A DNA stretch of 64,000 nucleotides from Hydrolagus colliei (Eukaryota). The notes below the pieces were generated by a model. It saw nothing but the letters and a program-made list of their open reading frames with translations, was not told the origin of the DNA and searched no databases. The stretch lies in assembly GCA_035084275.1 (NCBI GenBank), contig CM068752.1, forward strand, positions 8,246,001-8,310,000, written 5' to 3'. A program made the translations under genes and the position numbers. Shown in pieces: positions 49,763 to 62,178 of this stretch (its first letter is position 1; every line of letters begins with the position of its first letter).

Positions 49763-50239
49763 TATGTTTTATTTACATAATCTGAAAGCGGTCATAGTTG
49801 ACTGTATAACCAAATGCTATTTTCCTCGCACAGTAACTGATATCGGAAGAACTTTTATTGCTTGATCTACGAGAAGTAAAGCGATTGTGAATTTTTCCAG
49901 CTCACCAGAATCATTTTTGTAATCGACGTAATTAATCTCCAGAGTTTACGAGGAGCAAAATTCCAAACAGCCTGCATGACTTAAAGGGTGAATCAAGAGA
50001 GTGCGGCATTTGGGGGCAGTTTACCATAATTACTCCCCAAAGAAACGTGGGAGACAGACTGTTTCTGAGCGTTCTTTATGGATTACTCTCACAGTGTTAT
50101 ATATAAAGTTATTTTTATTAACATCAATTTAGCAGCAGGAGAGCCAAATATCCAAACCAATGAACCGAATTTCTCTATTGCATTTTCGATTGCACAACCA
50201 TAAATGCTATTTTACGCAAGTATGTTTTAGGTCGTTCCA

Positions 50240-50370
50240 GCTTTAAAAACGAGTCGAGTGTTGATTCGTTGAGCGCGAGGCTCCATCCTTTGACCAATCA
50301 AAGGCCCGAATGGTGCTTGAGATCCTGCCCGCCCTCTTGCTCGCCCATCCACCATTACGTACAACCAGAT
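50240..50370 (+). promoter_or_regulatory. Variable-exon promoter module (V5)
   Basis: GCTTTAAAAA-N15-TTCG-N24-ACCAAT-N22-GATCC, then CTCGCCCATCCACCAT. Confidence 0.78.
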
Positions 50371-50616
50371 GAGACACAAACATGCCTAGCGAGCAGTGTG
50401 GTGTGAATAAAGCTTTCTACCTGTGTCCAGGGGGTGATTTTAACAAAAGGAAGACTTTGTAGGAATTATAGCAACGTTTATTGAAGACGAATACGTGGAA
50501 ATTATCAGGTTTGAACGTCTAGTTTTAACAACGAGAAATGTTTACTTATCCCAAGCAATCATTGAGCGGTGCCGTGCCGTGCTGAACTCAAACGATTGGG
50601 ATGCTTTGTGCTGGAA

Positions 50617-53082
50617 ATGGGCTTATACGAAATACATTGGCTGTTGAAATGGCAACCGTTCTCTTGTTTGTTGCTTTGTTGGAATCTGGCGTCCGGATCC
50701 ATTTTTTATTCAGTGCCCGAAGAGCTGCAGCCGGGTGCCTTTGTTGGGAATATCGCACAAGATTTGGGGTTAGATGTGAAGCAGCTGTCGGCTCATAGCT
50801 TCCGGATCTTACCCGGTCCCGGGAAGCAATATTTCGATGTGAATCTGGACAACGGGAATTTGTTGGTGAAGGAAAAAATCGACCGAGAAGGGCTCTGTGG
50901 TGCGAGCCTGACTTGTGTCTCGTCCTTCGAGGCTGTAATCGAGAATCCTTTCAACCTGTACGACATTGAAGTGGCGATTGTGGATGTGAACGACAATGCG
51001 CCCCGTTTTTCGAAGAGCCAGATCCGCCTCGAAATCTCAGAGCTGGCCGCTCCCGGAGCTCGCTTCCCCCTGGAAGGTGCCCAGGACTCGGACGTTGGGA
51101 CTAACTCCGTGCAAACCTACCAGCTGTTGGCAAATGAATATTTCTCCCTGAACGTTCAGGGTGAGAGTGGGGAAGTGAAGTTACCGGTTCTTGTGTTGGA
51201 AAAGCGACTGGATAGAGAAAAGCAATCGACCCACAGGTTAGTGTTAATCGCCCAGGACGGAGGGACACCAGAAAGATCAGGCACAGCTGAGATACTGATC
51301 AAAGTGCAGGATGCTAATGATAACGCGCCGGTTTTCACCGAGTCTGTGTACAGAGTCAGCCTGCTGGAAAACACACCGAGGGGAACCCTGGTGATCAGAG
51401 TGAACGCCACAGATTTGGATGATGGGAATAATGGACAAATAATTTACTCTTTCACGAGTCACACATCCGCTAAAGTCCGTGAATTATTCAACATAGATTC
51501 TAAAACCGGTACCGTCAGTGTTAAAGGTAATTTGGACTATGAAGAAAATACTGTTTATAAAATTAATATAGAAGCGAAAGATAAAGGACCTTATGCAATA
51601 CCAGTCTATTGTGATGTGTCGGTGAACATTATTGATGTGAATGATAATGCCCCTGAGGTGACACTAAACTCCTTGTTCAGCCCAGTTCGGGAGGACTCAC
51701 TGCCCGGGACAGTGGTGGCTTTGATCAGTGCAGCCGACTCAGATTCAGGGGAGTATGGACAGGTACAATGCCTAATCCCGCATAACCTTCCCTTTAAACT
51801 GGATTTATCGTCAAGGAAGTATTTCAGATTGCTGACTCAGCAGGCACTGGATCGAGAGAAAGCCTCGGAATACGATGTCACAGTGATGTGCAGTGACAGA
51901 GGAACCCCACCTCTCACATCCAACCTTACAATCCGAGTGGAGGTTTCAGACATCAATGACAACGCACCGCGGTTTACGCAGCCTTTGTACAGAGAGCAGG
52001 TGATGGAGAACCAGGCTGTGGGGACTTCAATGTTCTCAGTGTCAGCCTTTGATCCGGATTTAAATGAAAACGCTCGAATTACTTACTCCATTCTGGAGAG
52101 TCAGATCCAGGGCCAGTCAATGTCCAGTTACGTCTCCATTAATTCTAACAACGGTATCGTGTTTTCTCAGAGATCATTTGATTACGAACAACTCAAAAAC
52201 TTTCAGATTCTAGTTCAGGCATTGGACAACGGTGAGCAGCCACTAGTCAGCAATGTATCTGTGGATGTCACCATCCTGGACCAGAACGACAACTCCCCAG
52301 TCATCGTGTCTCCATTACCCGAGTTTGGCTCAACCGTGACAGAGACTGTATCTCGGTTGGCAGAGCCAGGTTACCTGGTGGCCAAGGTCTCGGCCACTGA
52401 TGCTGACACGGGGCAGAATGGGCGTCTGTCTTACCAGATTCTCCAGGCTACTGACCCGGGGCTTTTCACCATCTCCCCTGACACAGGAGAAATCTGGACC
52501 ATCCGCAGTGTTAGGGACAGAGATGCCAACAAGCAAAGGCTGGTCATTGTGGTGAAGGACAATGGAAGCCCATCACTCTCAGCCACAGTAACCATTCTTT
52601 TGTCAGTCATAGGTGGCGATGCAGAAATGCTCTCCGATGTGAATAGTTTGCCTGAGGACATAGGGTTCCCTTCCCATGTGAGCTTTTATTTGGTAATTTC
52701 GTTAGGGATAAGTTCGTCCGTATTCCTTGTAGTTTTAATCCTGCTCGCCATTAAGGTCCACAAGAACAGAACTGGCTTTGGTCACTCTAATGATTGCCTG
52801 GGTATGTGCTGTTGCTTTAAGACAAGGAACTCCCTCAATGGAATTCAAAGAGCCAGCAGAAACATTCAGATACCCCCTAACTATGTTGAAGTATTTGGGG
52901 GCGATCCACTCTCCCAAAGTTTCCGTTATGGATCCTACTCAACGTCAGGTTCGACCAAGACAGACTTGATGTTTCCCAACAGGTGCAGCTCACCTACACA
53001 CAGGAATAATGCCAGGAGTGGAGCTATTGAGAATGAAAGGAATTCACGCTCAGCACATTATAACACTACTGTAACTGGTGAG
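50617..53082 (+). CDS. Clustered protocadherin variable exon V5, 822 codons
   Basis: ATG 50617 (MGLYEIHW), SIFYSVPEE, six EC repeats, TM, donor GAG|GTGAGA. Confidence 0.95.
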
Positions 53083-53322
53083 GTGAGACGCTTATCAAAT
53101 TAACCCCTGAGGGTGTTATTTGGATGTACAAAAATCACTGGGAATTTCAATCACACTAATGCTAATATGGAAGAGATAACAAAAAAGTTTTGAATTTGCC
53201 AGCCATTTCCTGATTTTATTTGTCTAGATCAGCATTCTGTGAACTGTCCTATAATTGCAACCTGTATTGTTTTCATAGTTTCTTAGTTCCTTTCACATTC
53301 GTTTGCCATAATTTTGTTAGGG

Positions 53323-53642
53323 ATAATAATGATAATCCTTTCATTTGTTGTAGCACTTTTCACGTATTCTAGTCATCTAAAAGCGCTTAACAGATTATGC
53401 TGTAGAAAGTGAATTGACTATGCTTGTGGGCGAAACGTGGCTGCCAATTGCGCACAGCAGTGTCCCACAAAGATTCGTGGTTTGAAATTATCAATTTTAT
53501 TATTGTGTTTATTTGAAGGGATTGTTATTAGGCGTGTGGAGTAAGGAAACTTGCCCAAGGTTTTGCCCTGATTTGTCTGGATTCAAACACAGGTCTCACG
53601 CTTTTAAGGCAAATGCTCGAACCACTGGGTTACAGGACTCCT
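53323..53642 (-). mobile_element. Near full-length tRNA-derived Deu-like SINE
   Basis: Minus-strand head TAACCCAGTGGTT...GTTTGAATCC; Deu-like CTGTGCGCAATTGGCAGCCACGTTTC; (ATT)n tail. Confidence 0.75.
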
Positions 53643-53647
53643 ACATA

Positions 53648-54535
53648 AAAGAACATAAGAACATAAGAATTAGGAGCAGGAGTAGGCTATTCGGCCCTTC
53701 GAGCCTGCTCCGCCATTCAATAAGATCATGGCTGATCTTCTTACCTAACTCTAATTACCTGCCCTATCCCCATATCTCCTAATCCCTCTATTGTTCAAAA
53801 ATCTATCAGTCTCAGCCTTGAAAATGTTCAAGGACTGAGCAGCTACAGCCTTCTGTGGTGGTGAGTTCCATAAATTCACTACCCTCTGAGAGAAGAAATG
53901 TTTCCTCAACACTGTTCTGACAGACTAACCCTTAATTTTAAGACGGCGACCCCTGGTTATCGATTCTCCTACCAGGGGAAACCATCCCTCAGTGTCTACT
54001 TTATCTAGCCCTTTAAGAATCTTACATGTTTCAATAAGATTCCCCCTAATTTTTCTGTACTCTAGAGAATACAGTCGTAGTTTATTCAACCTATCCTCAT
54101 TGTTCAGTCCTCTCATCCCAGGAACTAACTTAGTGAATCTACGCTGCACTCCCTCTAAGGCAAGTATGTCCTTTTTTAAATAAGGAGACCAAAACTGCAC
54201 ACAATACTCTAGTGTTTTCAAGGTGAAAAATTTCAAACCTGCTAATATTGAATTCCATCTGCCACCTACTTGCCCACTCCCCTAGCCTATCTATATCTTG
54301 TTGCAATCTTTTTGCATCATCCTAGAGCTCACTCTGTTACCTATCATCCGCGTCATCCGTGAATTTAGACACATTACATTCAATGTCCTCGTCCATATCA
54401 TTGATGTAAATAGCTGAGGCCCAAGCACTGATCCTTGTGGCACTCCACTAGTTACATCCTGCCAATTCGAGAATGACCCGCTTATCGCTACTCTCTGCTT
54501 TCTACCAGATAGCCACGCTTCTATCCATAGAAATA
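53648..54535 (-). mobile_element. CR1-clade LINE 3' fragment (RT C-terminus), decayed
   Basis: SGVPQGSVLGP and LEYCVQFWSPYLKKDILALEGVQRRFTK; (TTCTTATG)n tail at ~53650-53668. Confidence 0.9.
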
Positions 54536-54629
54536 ACAATAATGAGAATAGTGGCTAGGAGAGGAACATAATCAAGAGTTTAAAGAATTATTGACAGGAA
54601 CTTCATCAATAAGAGCTAAATTGTGCATT

Positions 54630-54730
54630 GATATGGGGCAAGGGTGGGTAATTGGAGATGAGTTCCTGATCAGCCAGGATCTATGATAATGGTGGAACAG
54701 GCTTGAGGTGCCTACTTGTGTTCTTATTGT
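54630..54730 (+). mobile_element. CR1 3' end fragment, inverted relative to the 53648 copy
   Basis: GATATGGGGCAAGGGTGGGTA...GATCAGCCAGGATC...AATGGTGGAACAGGCTTGAGG..CCTACTTGTGTTCTTAT. Confidence 0.65.
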
Positions 54731-55428
54731 TGCTAATTAATGACTGTAGTTGCGAAAGTGTCTTGGACTCATAAACGCACCCGTACTTGTGTTTGCCATA
54801 GTTCATTCCATTGTTAACATAAAAACAATACGATGTAAATCAAGGGAGCACTAACACATGTGTATCAGGCACATATGGCTAAATGCCAGATCCTCACCAA
54901 TCTTACTTAATTAGTTCAGTGGCAGTGCAAAATATATTGTATTGTTTTTGCAAATCGACTGAGAGGGATGAGAACACCCACAGTGTCCAGATCTGCCCAG
55001 TTGGTAAGGCGATTGTCTTATGCCAGGAGATGCCGAGGTCTTGAGTTAGGTTGATTACTTCCTTGAATTGAATTTGTATTTCTCCAATAAAGAAATTCGG
55101 CTGACATTACTACAAATGTTAATTCTGGGGAAAATAATAACTCACGTATCAAAACTAAGGTTGCAGTGAATAAGAATAATTTAACGAAGGGCAGACTGGC
55201 AGGGTCGCATAGGAAAGTCAATTGTGACTTTAATAAAATATTGAAACGGATGTATATTCTGATGGCTAATGGAGACGTTGTCTTTATATTATAATCTGTC
55301 AAATAAATGTCCTAGCATTTCAGTGGCGTGAACGACTTGTCCAAACTATGCCAGGGGAAGGTTCGTTCAATTTTGGTTGCCCAACTAAAATTATATTTGT
55401 TTACGCAGCATTTGCTTGGGACGTTCCA

Positions 55429-55560
55429 GCTTTAAGACAATCCCACGGTCCTGATTGGCTGAACACCGTCCTTCTTATATTCACCAATGGAGAGCTGAAA
55501 AGCGACCAATGATCCTGACTGCCCCCTCCCCTCGCTATCCGCCATTGCGCACAGTTAGAC
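55429..55560 (+). promoter_or_regulatory. Variable-exon promoter module (V6)
   Basis: GCTTTAAGAC-N16-TTGG-N24-ACCAAT-N22-GATCC, then CCCCTCCCCTCGCTATCCGCCAT. Confidence 0.8.
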
Positions 55561-55806
55561 ACGGTGCAAAAAATGGAGAACGACCTTCATATCAGGCTAT
55601 GTACCGGTTTGATTCAGTGAATTTAGGGGAGAAATATGAGGATTCGAGTGAAATAATCACGGCGGTTTTTACACAACTAAAGGTAACTTCGATTATGCAT
55701 CGATTTGTCCATGTAGAAAAAAAATCTGATAAGTAAATTAACCAAATAAGGAAACTAGATGCGGCCCCGCGCCGTGTTCAGGCAATTGGAATGCTTTGTG
55801 TTTGAC

Positions 55807-58266
55807 ATGGGAAATTGTAAGATACTTTGGCTGTTCAAGTGGTCGATATTGTGCTCCCTTTTCCTCTGGTGGGATCTAGTTTCTGCACAGATTCGTTACT
55901 CGATTCCCGAAGAGCTGCAAATAGGTGCTTTTGTGGGGAGTGTGGCTGCCGATTTAGGGTTGGATACAAAGGAGCTCTCGGCTCGCGGTTTTCGCACTGT
56001 GTCTGGTCCCCGAGCGCAGTATCTGGGCGTAGATTTGGACATTGGGATTTTGTTTGTGAAAGAAAAGATTGACAGAGAAGAGCTGTGTGGTGCGAGTCTC
56101 GCTTGCATTTTGTCTTTAGAGGTGGTGATTGAAGAACCTTTCAATCTGTACGACGTGGAAGTGGAGGTAGTGGATGTGAATGACAATGCTCCCAGTTTCC
56201 CAAAGAGCCAGTTCCGCCTTGAAATCTCCGAGGTTGCGGCGCCAGGATCTCGCTTCCCCCTGGAGAGTGCTCACGACCCTGACGTTGGAATCAATTCCCT
56301 GCAAACCTACCGACTCGTTAACAATGAATATTTCACCTTAAATGTTCAGACGCGAACTGTGGCTGGGAAGTTGCCAGTGCTGGTGTTAGAAAAGTCCCTG
56401 GATAGAGAACAGCAATCGACCCACAGGTTAGTCCTAATCGCCCAGGACGGAGGGACACCAGAAAGATCAGGCACAGCTGAGATACTGATCAAAGTGCAGG
56501 ATGCTAATGATAACGCGCCGGTTTTCACCGAGTCCGTGTACAGAGTCAGCCTGCTGGAAAACACACCGAGGGGAAGCCTCATGATCAGAGTGAACGCCAC
56601 AGACCTGGATGATGGGAATAATTCAGAGATTGTTTACTCATTCAGTAGTCACACATCTGCTAATGTGCGAGAAATATTTTCTTTAGATTCCAAAATTGGG
56701 GAAATCACAGTCAAAAGTAACTTGGACTATGAAGAATTCAATGCTTTTGAGATTAACATAGAAGCGAAGGATAAGGGTCCATATGCAATACCCGCCTATT
56801 GTGATGTGTTGGTGAACATTATTGATGTGAATGATAATGCCCCCGAGGTGACACTAAACTCCTTGTTCAGTCCAGTTCGGGAGGACTCACTGCCCGGGAC
56901 AGTGGTGGCTTTGATCAGTGCAGCCGACTCAGATTCTGGGGAGTATGGACAGGTACAATGCCTAATCCCGCATAAACTTCCCTTTAAACTGGATTTATCG
57001 TCAAGGAAGTATTTCAGATTGCTGACTCAGCAGACACTGGATCGAGAGAAAGCCTCGGAATACGATGTCACAGTGATGTGCAGTGACAGAGGAACCCCGC
57101 CTCTCACATCCAACCTTACAATCCGAGTGGAGGTTTCAGACATCAATGACAACGCACCGCGGTTTACGCAGCCTTTGTACAGAGAGCAGGTGATGGAGAA
57201 CCAGGCTGTGGGGACTTCAATATTCTCAGTGTCCGCCTTTGACCTGGATGTTAATCAAAATGGTCGCCTCACCTATTCAATTCCCGAGAGTCAGATTCGG
57301 GGAGAGTCGGTGTCCACCTATGTTTACATCAACTCAGAAAATGGCGTGATACATTCTCGGAGATCCTTTGACTACGAGCGAATGAAAAGCTTTCAGTTCA
57401 CGGTTCAAGCAGAGGATAGTGGCTCGCCACCCCTCACCAGCAACGCCTCGGTGGATGTCACCATCCTGGACCAGAACGACAACTCCCCAGTCATCGTGTC
57501 TCCATTACCAGAGTTTGGCTCAACAGTGACAGAGACTGTATCTCGGTTGGCAGAGCCAGGCTACCTGGTGGCCAAGGTCTCAGCCACTGACGCTGACACT
57601 GGGCAGAATGGGCGTCTGTCTTACCAGATTCTCCAGGCCACTGACCCTGGACTTTTCACAATTTCTTCTGACACAGGAGAAATCTGGACCATCCGCAGTG
57701 TAAGGGATAAAGACCCGGCTAAGCAGAGGCTGGTCATTGTGGTGAAGGACAATGGATCACCATCGCTATCAGCTACAGTGACTATTATCTTTTCAATGGA
57801 AGGTGGTGACACTGAAATGCTTTCTGATACGAGCGTATTAGCTGAGGATCCGTGGCTGACGACAGACGTAAGCATTTACTTAGTCATATCTTTGGGGATC
57901 ACCTCATCCATATTCCTTGTGGTGTTAATTCTGCTGGCTCTCAAAGTCCACAATAACAGAAATGGCTTTGGTCACGGTAACTATACTGGACTGACTTGTT
58001 GCTGCTTTGAAGCAAGGGAATCGCTGAATGGAATTCAAAAGGCTAGTAGAAATATTCACCTACCTCAGAACTATGTCGAAGTGTTTGGAGGTGATCCACT
58101 CTCACAGAGTTTCCGCTACGACTCTTGTTCGACTTCGAATTCTACCAAGGGAGACTTCATGTTTACGTCGGGTCGTAGGAATAACTTCAGGAGTGAAACT
58201 ATTGGGAACGAAGGAGCCCTTCATCAAGAGAACCCCTCAAATTATAGGATCGCTGTAAATAGTGAG
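55807..58266 (+). CDS. Clustered protocadherin variable exon V6, 820 codons (alternative in-frame ATG at 55759)
   Basis: MGNCKILW signal peptide, QIRYSIPEE, six EC repeats, TM, donor GAG|GTGAGG. Confidence 0.95.
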
Positions 58267-58959
58267 GTGAGGCACTTCCAAGAATAAACCCTTACAGGTT
58301 TGATTCGGTTGTTTAGAGAATTCAATCCTACAGAAAATTGACGTGTTTATTTGCGAGATAACAATATCTGAATTTTGAGCTCGGTTTTCCCCAAGTTCAT
58401 TCGCAGCCAAGTTTCACTGTGTGTGCTCTGCGTGTACGTCTGTATGTTTTTGTCTGTACGTTTTCTGTTCTCATTTACAAGTGGATTATTGGACAAGTAC
58501 AATATCATTGGGATCTTCCGAAAATTGCACAAATTTCCCTACTCGTTCCAGGGTCTCCAATATAAAATTAGTTGATATCAGTCCCAGCTGTGTGTACGTG
58601 TGCAACTTGAATGGTTTTGAAGCGCTTTGAGGCGCCGTGGAGGGCGCTATGTAAATCGAAATTCTTGTTGTTGTGACAGGTTGGTGAGGTATTCATTGAA
58701 ACAGATGGTACTCTGTGTATAAAAGCTACAAGAACGTGTTACCAGAAAGGATCGCCTTTTCCAGGACAATGTAATCATAGAAGGATCAGATTAAATGAGC
58801 CCGAGGTCCTGCTTCATCTAAATCTATTTTGCAATGAAGAGTAGTTCCTTGCTGATGTTATTGTTGCTCTTTTTACGCCTACTGTAATGTTGACTTCACG
58901 TCTGGGCGAGCAAACTTCAGTGCAGTGATATTTATTGACTTTCCATTTCTCCTTATATT

Positions 58960-59020
58960 CATATATATATATATGTATACACACACACACACATATATAT
59001 ATACACATAGATATATATGC
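58960..59020. repeat. Mixed (TA)n/(CA)n microsatellite
   Basis: Direct reading of the sequence. Confidence 0.9.
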
Positions 59021-59321
59021 AGTACTTATTATAATAAAACGAGACTGGCAATGCGGTCAATGAGGGAACAACATTTGGGAACTATCCACAAGATTGCATG
59101 GAATAAGAGATTTTAATGGCGGAATACAGTGAAACTTTTTGGGAGGGGTGTGGGGCGGGGTGGGGGGAGAGAGTTGTCAGAATAAGTGATTCTTTTGGCT
59201 TCTAATGTTTATTTATAATGAGTAATAATATCGCAGACGGTAAAAAAAACACTAAATTATGGAAAGGAGTAGCTAATAATATATTTGATCACACAGCCTT
59301 ATATTTACGCAAAGCATTACA

Positions 59322-59455
59322 GCTTTAAGAAACACTCACACGTCTGATTGGTTGAATATCATTATGACTACGTAGACCAATAGGAAGTTGAGAAGCTGCC
59401 AGAGATCCAGGCTTCCCCCTCCCCTCGCCATCCTCCATTACATACGACCAGATGC
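59322..59455 (+). promoter_or_regulatory. Variable-exon promoter module (V7)
   Basis: GCTTTAAGAA-N16-TTGG-N24-ACCAAT-N22-GATCC, then CCCCTCCCCTCGCCATCCTCCAT. Confidence 0.8.
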
Positions 59456-59703
59456 GATGCAAGAATGGGGGAGCGAGCTGCTCCATGTTATATCAGGTTC
59501 TGAATATCCATCTCTGGACGACTTTATTAGAATAATAAGAAGAATTGTGGAACCTAACCCCAGCGGTTATTCGACAGGGCAGGTACTATTTTCTAATGTA
59601 GCTGTTTTATAGGTGAAAATGTTAGACAAATAACTTGATTTACGGAAACGCAAAACGGGCGCTGTGTTGCGCCGAAGAAATCTGGGATGCTTTTGTTTTG
59701 GAA

Positions 59704-62178
59704 ATGGGGTATTTTAAAGCAAATTGTTTACTGAGGTGGCGATTGTGGGGCTGTATATTCGCCTCCTGTGAACTGGTTTGTGGACAGATTCGTTACTCGA
59801 TTCCCGAAGAATTGCACGAGGGTGCCTTTGTTGGGAATATCGCCGGCGATTTGGGCTTGAAAGCGGCTCAGCTTTCAGAACGCAGTTTTCGCATCGTCTC
59901 CACGGCCAGGAAACCGTATTTGGACGCGAATTTGGACAAAGGGATTCTGTTCGTGAAGGAAAAAATCGACCGAGAAGATGTGTGTGGGCCCAGCCTGGCT
60001 TGTGTGTTGTCCTTCGAGGCTGTACTGGAAAACCCTTTCAATCTACACGACTTGGAAGTGGAGATTCTGGACGTAAACGACAATGCTCCAAGCTTCCCCA
60101 AGAGCCAGTTCCGCCTGGAAATCTCGGAGGTCGTGGCCCCCGGATCGAGCTTCCACCTGGAGGGAGCACACGACCCGGACGTAGGAACCAATGCCCTGCA
60201 AACCTACGAGCTGTTTGCAAACGAATATTTCACCTTAAAGATCGAACAGCGCAGTGGGGATGGGAAGCTGCCGGTGCTTGTGTTGGAAAAGCCACTGGAT
60301 AGGGAATTGCAGTCGAGCCACCGTTTAGTGCTAGTCGCCAAGGACGGGGGTTTGCCCGAGAGATCCGGTACCGCAGAGATCGTAATCGTTGTTCAGGATG
60401 CTAACGACAACGCGCCAGTTTTCACCCAGTCCGTGTATAGTACCAGTCTGTCGGAAAACGCACTCAAAGGAACCCTGGTGATGAAATTAAATGCCACTGA
60501 CTTGGACGATGGCACGAACGGAGAGATAGTTTACTCGTTCAGCAGCCATACTTCTAGCAGAGTGCGACAACTGTTTAGTCTCAGTTCCCAAAGTGGTGAA
60601 ATCAGAGTCAAAGGTGATTTGGATTACGAGGAAAATCGCGTATTTGAGATCAACATAAAGGCGACAGATAAGGGCGCTTATGCAATTACTGTCTACTGCC
60701 GTGTACTTGTGAATATTACTGATGTGAATGATAACGCCCCGGAGGTGACACTGGTTTCGTTGTTCAGTCCAGTTCGCGAGGACTCTCTTCCAGGCACTAT
60801 AGTGGCTTTAATCAACGCGGCAGACAAAGATTCGGGAGAGAATGGACAGGTGCGGTGTCAGGTCGCGAACGAACTTCCTTTCAAATTGGAGCCTTCTTCA
60901 AAGAAATACCTCCGATTGATAACTCAACAGCCCCTTGATCGCGAAAAGGCTCCCAAGTTCGACATTACTGTCCTGTGCAGCGATAGAGGAACCCCTGCTC
61001 TCACTTCCCGCAAACGTATCCGTTTGGAAGTTTCAGATATCAACGACAACGCGCCACGATTTACGCAGCCGGTATACACAGCACAGGTGATGGAGAATAA
61101 CGTGATCGGCGCCTCAATTTTCTCGGTTTCCGCCGTTGATCCGGATTTTAACCAGAATGCCCGACTCATTTATTCCATTCTAGAGAATCCGATTCAAGGG
61201 GAATCGGTATCCAGTTACTTCTCCATCAACAAGGAGAATGGGATAATTTCGTCTCAGAGATCTCTTGACTACGAGCAGATCAAAGGTTTTCAGATCCAGG
61301 TTCAGGCACGGGATAACGGAGAGGCCCCACTTGCCAGCAACGCTTCTGTGGATATCATTATCCTGGACCAGAATGATAACGCCCCAATAATTGTGTCTCC
61401 CATACCCGAATATGGCTCCATGGTCACAGACACCGTTTCACGTTTGGCCGAGCCTGGCTACCTGGTCGTCAAAGTAACAGCTAATGACGCTGACACTGGG
61501 CAGAATGGACATCTGACTTACCAAATTCTCCAGGCTACTGAGCCTGGACTTTTCACCATTTCCCCCGATACGGGGAACATATGGACAATCCGCAGGATGA
61601 CAAACCACGATGCTTTGAAGCAGCGGTTAGTTATTGTGGTCAAAGACAATGGATCGCCATCACTCTCAGCCTCGGTGACTATCATCTTATCAGTGGAAGG
61701 GGGAGACACAGACACCATGGTGCCTGACAAGAGTGGGTTGACTGCAGAACCGTGGCTCACGACAGACATAAGCATTTACCTAGTTATATCTTTAGGGATT
61801 ACATCATCTATATTTTTTGTGGTCTTAATCCTGCTCGCCATTAAGATCCACAACAACAGAACTGGCTTTCGTCACTCCAGTGATTGCCTGGGCATGTGCT
61901 ATTGCTTTGAGGCAAGGAACTCACTCAATAGAATTCAAAGAGCCAGCAGAAACATTCAGATACCCCCTAACTATGTTGAAGTATTTGGGGGCGATCCACT
62001 CTCCCAAAGTTTCCGTTATGGATCCTACTCAACGTCAGGTTCGACCAAGACAGACTTGATGTTTCCCAACAGGTGTAACTCACCCACACACAGGAACAGC
62101 GTGAGGAGTGGAGCTATTGGAAAAGAAACTCCACAAGTCTCCAGTTCTGCTGAATATAGAAATCCTGTAAATGGTGAG
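59704..62178 (+). CDS. Clustered protocadherin variable exon V7, 825 codons
   Basis: MGYFKANC signal peptide, QIRYSIPEE, six EC repeats, TM, donor GAG|GTGAGG. Confidence 0.95.

Noticed and set aside
30100-61775. Recurrent similar antisense ORFs inside variable exons (MSFTS..., MAFTL..., MLVGIS...)
   Set aside because: They mirror conserved cadherin codons and conversion tracts; no independent coding evidence
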